Of a stretch of DNA of 33,965 bases, positions 27,540 to 33,965 are shown piece after piece. Each line of letters starts with the position of its first letter. Position 1 is the first letter of the stretch. The stretch comes from a virus (taxonomy: Duplodnaviria > Heunggongvirae > Uroviricota > Caudoviricetes), in IMG/VR virus record IMGVR_UViG_2563366827_000005. One strand, written 5' to 3'. The position numbers were made by a program, and so were the translations under genes. The notes under the pieces were generated by a model. It ran no database searches, was not told the origin of the DNA, and was given only the letters and a program-made list of their open reading frames with translations.

Positions 27540-29804
27540 CTATGAATCCCCCCAACCATCAGCGACCGGATACGTGAATTTTTTCCCGTCATAATTTACG
27601 GTCGCTCCACGCGCCAGCGCCTCAAGCTCCCATCGCTGCGGCCTGATACCGTTCTGAGCAAGGTCAACGCGGATACGGGTGATTTGCAATCGTTCAGACC
27701 TGGTCAGTCTGGCAGATGGTGCAATTTCATGCGGTTTTAACGGGCTTCCGTTTCTTTGCTGACGGTTTGGCGTTCTCAGGTCGTATTTTAATGCGCCCCT
27801 GAGCGCCCTCACGACCTCCGGTTCATTCCATTCAATAACACCGTCATCAACCAGATTAAGCACTGCTGCGGCGTGCTCAGAAGGTGTGGGAGCCGGTAAC
27901 GAAGTATCACCACCGGTGAGCTTTCCACAGTTATTGACAGGACTCCGAGGCGCGGCGATGCCGCTTTTTAAAGTCAAAGGCTCAACGACCGGAACTTTCG
28001 GAACAATGCGCCAGTCCGTCGTTCTGGTGATATGAATATGACGCGCGCCGAGATGCGGCGCGTAAATGCCGACCACTCTCTCGACTTCTTCCTCGTACTC
28101 GTTAACTTCATCCGACGGACTACGGGCAACCCTGACAGTCTGACAATCGCGCGGAACATTTGCCCCACCCTGCGCGCTGATATACAACGCAAAATCACCA
28201 CTGTCTGCGGCGGCGCGTGCAGCCTCGACGCGTTCGTCAAACTCATCAGCAATGCTGACGCCGCGAGGCAATTTGCGTAGTTCACGGTAAGCGCCCATTG
28301 TCGGCAGGCCAACCGTTTTAAATTGCGGGATACGCCACGTTGACGCCCATGCGGTAACAGCCGCTGCAGTGTCTTTCAGCGGCCTGCCGGTATCGTTATC
28401 GAGCTGACCATCCAGTGCATAGCCGTCGATATTTTTTGAGATGTATTTTGCGATATATCCCGCAGCACCGCCCCGGTTAAGGTGTTTTGCCTGAAAACGG
28501 TTTCGCGCGGCTCCTCTTTCGTTACCATCCTCTTTGAGCGCATAGCGACGCATGATTTCGATAATCTGGTTACGCTGGCGTGGATTACAAAAAAGCATCA
28601 TATGCCAGTGCGGCGTTCCGTCGTGGTGTGGCTCGACGACACGCAAACCGTAGACCTGTAAATCATTATCCTTGAATGCCGTGCGCATCAGGCTCCAGAT
28701 ACGGCAGAGATAACGCTGCGCATCCTTCGGATTAAATGCCTCATCGTTCCAGCCGTGATTAAGCTGGACGGTTTTACTTTCTCCTTTTCCGACCTGACGT
28801 GTCGGGTGATACTTTGACGGCGTGGTCAGCGTGATAAACATCCCCACATCACCCTCTGCGGCGGCGTAACGCTCAATACCGGCAATGGTGTTCATCAGCT
28901 CCATCCGGCGAATTTCAGGATTAGAAATACTGCCCATCACCTTACTGATAAGGTCGATGCGCTCGCCGGTTTCCCTGTTTTCAAGGTCACATGATTTAAG
29001 AAACTCCAGATTTGCCTGGCGGCGCGCACGCACATCACGAATGGCATGTTTACTGGCATAAGGAGAACGGTCTTTATTGACCTCCCCGACAGCAATCAGT
29101 AACGCCTCATGCCAGCGCATGCGCTGGCCTTTAAGCTGATGAGTCCACCACTCATCGTTAAACAGACGGGCAATGGCAGAATATGCCTGCCTCGTGGTCA
29201 TCTGTCCTTTACGGTATTTTTTCCAGTAGAGAGGGGAAATATTGAAAGCTCGTGCAGCGCCAGCAACATGACCATACAGGTGATCCTGAGCCTCATCCGT
29301 AAACAGTGATTCTTTTTCGCCATGCGCATCCACCCAGGCATCGCTGAGTTCCTCATACATCATGAAAAGCTGCGATGAGATACGGGCGGCAAACTTTTTC
29401 AGCTCCTTGTCATTCATTCCCGGCAGGCGCGCATAGTGGTCACGCTCTGCCAGAAACAGCAACGACGCGTCGGTGTTCATTTCATGGCGCTGATTCACAC
29501 GCTCAATGCGCGGCCATAAACGACGCTGAAAAGTGGATGTGAGGAAATAAAACCCGTGTACCGGGCTTTTATTGCGCCTGATGTAGTCATAGCGTGAAGT
29601 AAACAGCGAGCGCAAAAAGTAAGGCAGGCGGTTAATCGTGGATAAAACACCTTGCACCTGACACATCTCATCACGTGTAAGAGGTCTTTCGCGCCCGACA
29701 GCCTCGCGTGGCGCGTTCCATGCATAAGCACCGGTAAACATCTTACCGGTGCCTGCGGCAAATGCTGACGGAGGGACAAAACGCCCGGAGGCTTTAACGG
29801 CCAT
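27540..29804 (-). CDS. A: Replication initiation protein A (rolling-circle nickase)
   Basis: P2 gpA homolog by length and position; ATG at 29804 (MAVKASGRF...) chosen; the ORF-track start at 29846 is a TTG and an in-frame GTG at about 29825 would give 761 aa, so the exact start is uncertain. Confidence 0.85.
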   Translation of the reverse strand: MAVKASGRFVPPSAFAAGTGKMFTGAYAWNAPREAVGRERPLTRDEMCQVQGVLSTINRLPYFLRSLFTSRYDYIRRNKSPVHGFYFLTSTFQRRLWPRIERVNQRHEMNTDASLLFLAERDHYARLPGMNDKELKKFAARISSQLFMMYEELSDAWVDAHGEKESLFTDEAQDHLYGHVAGAARAFNISPLYWKKYRKGQMTTRQAYSAIARLFNDEWWTHQLKGQRMRWHEALLIAVGEVNKDRSPYASKHAIRDVRARRQANLEFLKSCDLENRETGERIDLISKVMGSISNPEIRRMELMNTIAGIERYAAAEGDVGMFITLTTPSKYHPTRQVGKGESKTVQLNHGWNDEAFNPKDAQRYLCRIWSLMRTAFKDNDLQVYGLRVVEPHHDGTPHWHMMLFCNPRQRNQIIEIMRRYALKEDGNERGAARNRFQAKHLNRGGAAGYIAKYISKNIDGYALDGQLDNDTGRPLKDTAAAVTAWASTWRIPQFKTVGLPTMGAYRELRKLPRGVSIADEFDERVEAARAAADSGDFALYISAQGGANVPRDCQTVRVARSPSDEVNEYEEEVERVVGIYAPHLGARHIHITRTTDWRIVPKVPVVEPLTLKSGIAAPRSPVNNCGKLTGGDTSLPAPTPSEHAAAVLNLVDDGVIEWNEPEVVRALRGALKYDLRTPNRQQRNGSPLKPHEIAPSARLTRSERLQITRIRVDLAQNGIRPQRWELEALARGATVNYDGKKFTYPVADGWGDS

Positions 29805-30069
29805 ATGAGCCAAAAGCCTCTGAACAACGCCTGCTGAGTTGCTCAACCTGCGCGTTTAAATCAGCAAAAGACTTTGCGCTTCCGGTCAGAATATCGTGAT
29901 GCATCAGGCCGGAAACGAGCTGGCTTAATTTCGGGTAATAACCAACCACCGCCAGCCATTCCTGACCGGCGTTTTTACCGCTTTCCGCTCTCTTTTTCTC
30001 GTGGAGAATAAACTGAAAGCTGTCACTGGTAACGACATAACGTTCGCCAATTTCAATACGAATACTCAT
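29794..30069 (-). CDS. Hypothetical protein (P2 orf83-like) upstream of A
   Basis: 91-aa ORF with ATG start in the B-A interval of the early operon. Confidence 0.55.
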   Translation of the reverse strand: MSIRIEIGERYVVTSDSFQFILHEKKRAESGKNAGQEWLAVVGYYPKLSQLVSGLMHHDILTGSAKSFADLNAQVEQLSRRCSEAFGSYGR

Positions 30070-30290
30070 GCCGTTCTCCGGTAATGTTTGTTTTTTGCTT
30101 CAAAGACTGACTGACAGGAAACACAACGCGTGGCTGACGGGTAAGCCGCACGACGGGCAGCAGGTATTGGCGCGTCACACTCTTCGCAAACCAGCGCAGA
30201 AGCACCGCAATGTTTTACCCTTGCCGCGTTAATCTGGCGCTCCAGTAATTCAGCCTGTTGTTCCTGAATAAAATCTACGTTGTCCGGCAT
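30066..30290 (-). CDS. TraR/DksA-family C4 zinc-finger protein (P2 orf82-like)
   Basis: 74 aa with CxxC...CxxC spacing (CEECDAPIP...CVSCQ) typical of TraR/DksA-like phage proteins. Confidence 0.65.
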   Translation of the reverse strand: MPDNVDFIQEQQAELLERQINAARVKHCGASALVCEECDAPIPAARRAAYPSATRCVSCQSVFEAKNKHYRRTA

Positions 30291-30292
30291 TA

Positions 30293-30592
30293 TCAGCTCC
30301 TTTTATCGTTAAGTTTCCTGGATACATCAGCGCAATAACTGGCAAGCTCTGTCGTTAATTTTGTCAGTTCATCCACTGAGGAAATTTGCTTGTGGAATAC
30401 AGCGCGTTTAACAAGTAAATTGACCACATCAGACAGGAGGTTTAATTCATTCTGATAAATCGCGATAACAGATTCAGTTATGTCGCGTTTTTCTTTATCA
30501 AGGCAAAGTTGAATAAGAGACAAATCGCCATTTTTCATAACGGCGATTTTTAAGGCGTTATTCAGTAATACAACTGAATGAGAACAGGACAT
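30293..30592 (-). CDS. Hypothetical protein (P2 orf81-like)
   Basis: 99 aa from ATG 30592, which overlaps the upstream stop (ATGA); the ORF-track first codon is a TTG. Confidence 0.5.
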   Translation of the reverse strand: MSCSHSVVLLNNALKIAVMKNGDLSLIQLCLDKEKRDITESVIAIYQNELNLLSDVVNLLVKRAVFHKQISSVDELTKLTTELASYCADVSRKLNDKRS

Positions 30593-30816
30593 CAAAGCAC
30601 CTCCCCGCGAGACAATCCGATATTGTGAAATTTTTCCGACTCCTGACTGAGCAGCTCGACTATCTCCACGCGGGATAACTCCGCCTTTGTGATATGGCGA
30701 ATCATGGCGTCAAGATGAGAAGAAAAGCGTGTCGCTGCGTCGGCCTGTGCTTCGGTTCTGGCCTGTTGCAGCAGTAATGCGTATTTACCGCACTGATTTT
30801 CAGAAACTGTATGCAT
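30592..30816 (-). CDS. Hypothetical protein (P2 orf80-like)
   Basis: 74 aa from ATG 30816 with GGAGAAAG SD; the ORF-track start at 30849 is a TTG. Confidence 0.5.
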   Translation of the reverse strand: MHTVSENQCGKYALLLQQARTEAQADAATRFSSHLDAMIRHITKAELSRVEIVELLSQESEKFHNIGLSRGEVL

Positions 30817-30879
30817 GACTTTCTCCAGGCAAAAAGAAGCCCCGCACAATTAAGTGCGTTAAAAACTCTGGTTAATTAC

Positions 30880-31380
30880 TTAATGCAGATATTGCTCTGG
30901 TTTTACCGACGTCAGAATTGTCGGTGCATACTCAAACAGGCTGAACAATTCACGTAATGCACGGAATAAAGCATCACGCCAGTAACATGATTCTTCATTA
31001 ATTCGCCAGTATGGCTGGTTGAATTCTTTTTCAGTCAATCCGGCATGCATAAATAAAGTACGACGCTGACTGACTGTTAAAAAACTAATATATGCATACT
31101 CACTTGCGCCAACCTGACGGCGTTTTGAGAATGCCCCACGCAATTCATCAATTGCGCAAACCAGCCGTTCACGTTCGACGTCGTTCATTTCTTCAAAACG
31201 CATCGTTGCGTGACGCTGTTTTAACTGCGCATGGAAGCAAACCGTTAGCCGTTCGCGTTCCATCATCTGATTATAATAATCGCATGTCTCCTGCCAGCGA
31301 GGGACGGCCAGATGCTTACCAATTATCCGGCGCATAGCTGCTGGCTGTTTTTCAACGAGATTGAGCGTCATCACTGTCAT
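30880..31380 (-). CDS. B: Replication protein B (DnaB helicase-interacting)
   Basis: 166 aa, P2 gpB length and position after cox. Confidence 0.8.
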   Translation of the reverse strand: MTVMTLNLVEKQPAAMRRIIGKHLAVPRWQETCDYYNQMMERERLTVCFHAQLKQRHATMRFEEMNDVERERLVCAIDELRGAFSKRRQVGASEYAYISFLTVSQRRTLFMHAGLTEKEFNQPYWRINEESCYWRDALFRALRELFSLFEYAPTILTSVKPEQYLH

Positions 31381-31547
31381 TTCCAGACCCTCCGGCTTTT
31401 CAGAAAGGTCAGAGCCTTTTTTAACGGACTCTGTTTTTTGGTGCGGATAATGATTCCCTTACGCCCCTTACCGTGGGTGATGGTGAAGTCAATCGCCCTG
31501 GGGCTTTCGTTACGCAATAACTGAGCAATACAACGAGGCTCATTCAT
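31377..31547 (-). CDS. Small hypothetical protein (P2 orf78-like) between cox and B
   Basis: 56 aa from ATG 31547 with AAGGAG SD; the ORF-track start at 31571 is a GTG. Confidence 0.5.
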   Translation of the reverse strand: MNEPRCIAQLLRNESPRAIDFTITHGKGRKGIIIRTKKQSPLKKALTFLKSRRVWK

Positions 31548-31557
31548 ACGGTTCTCC

Positions 31558-31833
31558 TTAACGTGGTTCACCGAGACCTAACCACATCAACCAGCCGTCA
31601 CGAATCTCTTTAGGACGGCTTTCATAAGCCAGTTTTAGTCCGTTATTCCATGCCGGAAGGTATACCCAATATTCACCAGCACGCCCCGATACTGACTGAG
31701 GGTCAGTAATCTCAATAACTGGTAATTTCCCTTTCTCAATCATGCCCCTTACAGCTCTTGGAGTTTTGCCAATGAGTTTTGCAAACTCCTGATAAGGCAC
31801 GGCATCAGTCACGCTTACAAGCTGTCTATTCAT
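31558..31833 (-). CDS. cox: Cox, repressor of Pc and excision directionality factor
   Basis: 91 aa; C-terminal ...SGRAGEYWVYLPAWNNGLKLAYESRPKEIRDGWLMWLGLGEPR matches P2 Cox as I recall it. Confidence 0.85.
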   Translation of the reverse strand: MNRQLVSVTDAVPYQEFAKLIGKTPRAVRGMIEKGKLPVIEITDPQSVSGRAGEYWVYLPAWNNGLKLAYESRPKEIRDGWLMWLGLGEPR

Positions 31834-31954
31834 CTGCTACGATTCTCCCTTAGTGCTTCTAATGGCTCCTAATGGCTAATTATTGCCTAAAAGGATAACT
31901 CCAGAAGCACAACATTTCATACCATCAGCAAGAAATTACGCAATCGGAGTAATT
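31834..31954. promoter_or_regulatory. Lysis-lysogeny switch region between cox and C (Pe/Pc promoters and operator); contains direct repeats ctaatggct x2
   Basis: Position between divergent cox and C; 9-bp direct repeat at 31859..31867 and 31869..31877 with 10-bp periodicity, consistent with a direct-repeat operator of a P2-type C repressor. Confidence 0.5.
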
Positions 31955-32254
31955 ATGTCAATAGACGTTTCGGAGAAGTTGAAGCTAATCCGTGAATCTG
32001 AAAGGTTAAACCGTAAAGAATTCAGTGAATTAACTGGTGTAGCCTACAGCTCACTTTCGAGCTATGAGAGCCGGTCAAAAAACGCTGGAGTTGAAGCCAT
32101 AATGAAGGTCTTACAACATCCTAGATTTACTAAATATACTTTGTGGTTCATGACTGATCAGGTAGCTCCAGAAGCCGGGCAAATTGCGCCCGCTCTCGCA
32201 CACTTTGGGCAAAACGAAACAACGTCGCCCCACTCCGGTCAAAAGACTGGTTAA
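31955..32254 (+). CDS. C: Immunity repressor C
   Basis: 99 aa from ATG 31955 (GGAG SD); C-terminal ...TKYTLWFMTDQVAPEAGQIAPALAHFGQNETTSPHSGQKTG resembles P2 C; the ORF-track N-terminal extension was rejected. Confidence 0.8.
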   Translation: MSIDVSEKLKLIRESERLNRKEFSELTGVAYSSLSSYESRSKNAGVEAIMKVLQHPRFTKYTLWFMTDQVAPEAGQIAPALAHFGQNETTSPHSGQKTG

Positions 32255-32369
32255 CAATTTATCGTGAATATATTCATCACAAGTGCCTACTATTGGTGGC
32301 TAAATTTCAGCCACCACGAAAAAAGCGATTAGTAGTAGCAAAAAAAAGTACCACTCGGAGGGTTTTCTG

Positions 32370-33383
32370 ATGGCAATCAAAAAACTCGATGATGGTCGAT
32401 ATGAAGTGGACATCCGCCCTACTGGACGTAACGGAAAACGCATCCGTAGGAAGTTTGATAAGAAAAGCGAAGCTGTCGCTTTCGAAAAATACACGTTGTA
32501 CAACCACCACAATAAAGAATGGCTATCAAAACCAACAGACAAACGACGTCTGTCGGAACTGACACAGATCTGGTGGGATTTAAAGGGTAAACACGAAGAG
32601 CATGGGAAATCTAATCTTGGAAAAATTGAAATCTTCACAAAAATAACGAATGACCCATGCGCATTTCAAATCACGAAATCCCTTATCAGCCAGTACTGCG
32701 CCACCCGAAGAAGTCAGGGTATTAAACCTTCGAGTATCAATCGTGATTTAACATGTATTAGCGGCATGTTTACAGCCCTGATTGAAGCGGAGTTATTCTT
32801 TGGTGAGCACCCTATCAGAGGGACAAAGAGGCTTAAGGAGGAAAAACCAGAAACAGGCTATCTCACACAGGAAGAAATTGCCTTACTGCTTGCAGCACTT
32901 GACGGCGACAATAAAAAGATTGCGATTCTTTGCCTGAGTACAGGAGCACGTTGGGGAGAAGCAGCTCGTTTGAAAGCAGAAAATATCATCCATAACCGCG
33001 TCACATTTGTTAAAACGAAAACAAACAAACCACGCACCGTCCCGATCTCAGAGGCTGTTGCCAAAATGATCGCGGATAACAAACGAGGTTTTTTATTCCC
33101 TGATGCTGATTACCCTCGCTTCAGACGAACAATGAAAGCAATAAAACCGGATTTGCCAACGGGGCAAGCCACACATGCACTAAGGCACAGCTTTGCCACT
33201 CATTTCATGATTAATGGAGGAAGTATTATCACGCTACAACGGATACTAGGTCACACGCGGATTGAGCAAACTATGGTTTACGCTCATTTTGCGCCAGAGT
33301 ACCTTCAGGACGCCATTTCTCTTAATCCGCTAAGAGGTGGTACTGAGGCCGAGAGTGTCCACACAGTGTCCACAGTAGAGTAA
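32370..33383 (+). CDS. int: Tyrosine integrase
   Basis: 337 aa; C-terminal catalytic region ...HALRHSFATHFMINGGSIITLQRILGHTRIEQTMVYAHF (R...HxxR...Y); P2 Int length; adjacent to the att core. Confidence 0.9.
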   Translation: MAIKKLDDGRYEVDIRPTGRNGKRIRRKFDKKSEAVAFEKYTLYNHHNKEWLSKPTDKRRLSELTQIWWDLKGKHEEHGKSNLGKIEIFTKITNDPCAFQITKSLISQYCATRRSQGIKPSSINRDLTCISGMFTALIEAELFFGEHPIRGTKRLKEEKPETGYLTQEEIALLLAALDGDNKKIAILCLSTGARWGEAARLKAENIIHNRVTFVKTKTNKPRTVPISEAVAKMIADNKRGFLFPDADYPRFRRTMKAIKPDLPTGQATHALRHSFATHFMINGGSIITLQRILGHTRIEQTMVYAHFAPEYLQDAISLNPLRGGTEAESVHTVSTVE

Positions 33384-33462
33384 CGTTTAAGGGCTTTCAG
33401 TGGTAATTTATGCCGCTCAAACCCGCATTGTACCGTTGAAAGCCCCTACTGGTGACACCCTA

Positions 33463-33490
33463 AATCTCCCTTACACGGGCTTATTTTTTA
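33463..33490. other. Prophage attachment site core (attL, int-proximal); direct repeat of 1507..1534
   Basis: Identical 28-bp sequence 80 bp beyond the int stop. Confidence 0.8.
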
Positions 33491-33647
33491 TGCATAAGCC
33501 CTATCCCTGGTCACCGTCTTCCATTGACCACATCGATAGAATCTCCCTTCATAGCACGATGCCTTTCACGTAACGGCATCGTGCTCGCACAGGTTCCGGC
33601 TAAGCACAACCAGAACGCGCATGTTTGACGCTTACCAAAAAATATTC

Positions 33648-33965
33648 TCACTCTCCACATTTGAATGTCAGACGAGCGACGCCATGTAATCCTGCACCTT
33701 CTGTCTTCAGGTCAACTATCTGCATTTTTTTGCCCTGAGTAACACAGAAATGGGCTGCATCATTTTTTACTATATTTTCTGCACCAGATATTCTGCCCCT
33801 GGCTAAAGAAGCTTCGGCTTCGGTGTAGTATTGGTTATCGAGTTTACGCTGAATATTACTTTTATATGCAAGACCAAATTTACCGATACTTGTCTCATCA
33901 TTATGCACAGCACAACCAGACATAATAAAAATACTAATTAATGATATAGCAGCTATCTTTTTCAT
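33648..33965 (-). CDS. yegR: Small lipoprotein, host gene (YegR-like by length and neighbourhood)
   Basis: 105 aa with signal peptide and lipobox (IFIMSGC); outside the att repeat; symbol assigned from synteny with yegQ and length only. Confidence 0.5.
   Translation of the reverse strand: MKKIAAISLISIFIMSGCAVHNDETSIGKFGLAYKSNIQRKLDNQYYTEAEASLARGRISGAENIVKNDAAHFCVTQGKKMQIVDLKTEGAGLHGVARLTFKCGE

Noticed and set aside
9253-31571. N-terminal extensions proposed by the ORF track for several genes (DUF2971 gene, X, L, O, P, A, orf80/81/78-like, C, ogr)
   Set aside because: The extended first codons are TTG or GTG without a Shine-Dalgarno, or they exceed P2 homolog lengths; starts were trimmed to internal ATGs with a good SD, and A's start remains uncertain.

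Overview
This window is essentially one complete P2-like (Peduovirus) prophage, about 32 kb, lying in reverse orientation between the host genes yegQ (1..1362) and a yegR-like lipoprotein gene (33648..33965). It is bounded by a perfect 28-bp direct repeat that matches the P2 att core (1507..1534 and 33463..33490). Gene order and protein lengths follow P2 closely: ogr, then the tail operon D-U-T-E/E'-FII-FI, tail fiber and baseplate genes G-H-I-J-W-V, S-R, the lysis genes, capsid and terminase genes X-L-M-N-O and P-Q, cos, replication genes A and B, the cox/C switch, and int. Two strongly AT-rich cargo islands interrupt this conserved GC-rich backbone, exactly at the two loci where P2-like phages are known to carry variable anti-phage cargo. 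The first (8681..10038, between FI and G, the Z/fun position) is a two-gene cassette encoding a DUF2971-like protein and a small protein with a transglutaminase-like Cys-His-Asp signature. I do not recognise this pairing as a named system, and it is my best candidate for something undescribed. The second (25074..27290, between cos and A, the tin/old position) is a single 738-aa ABC/Rad50-like ATPase with a long coiled-coil insert carrying a CxxC motif and a C-terminal domain resembling PrrC/RloC-type anticodon nucleases; it has no Toprim motifs, so it is not Old. Other points of note are the conserved E/E' -1 frameshift site, a 132-bp tandem repeat inside tail fiber gene H, and extra att-like sequence outside the attL core. 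All functional calls rest on motif recognition by eye and recalled homology to P2; no searches were run.
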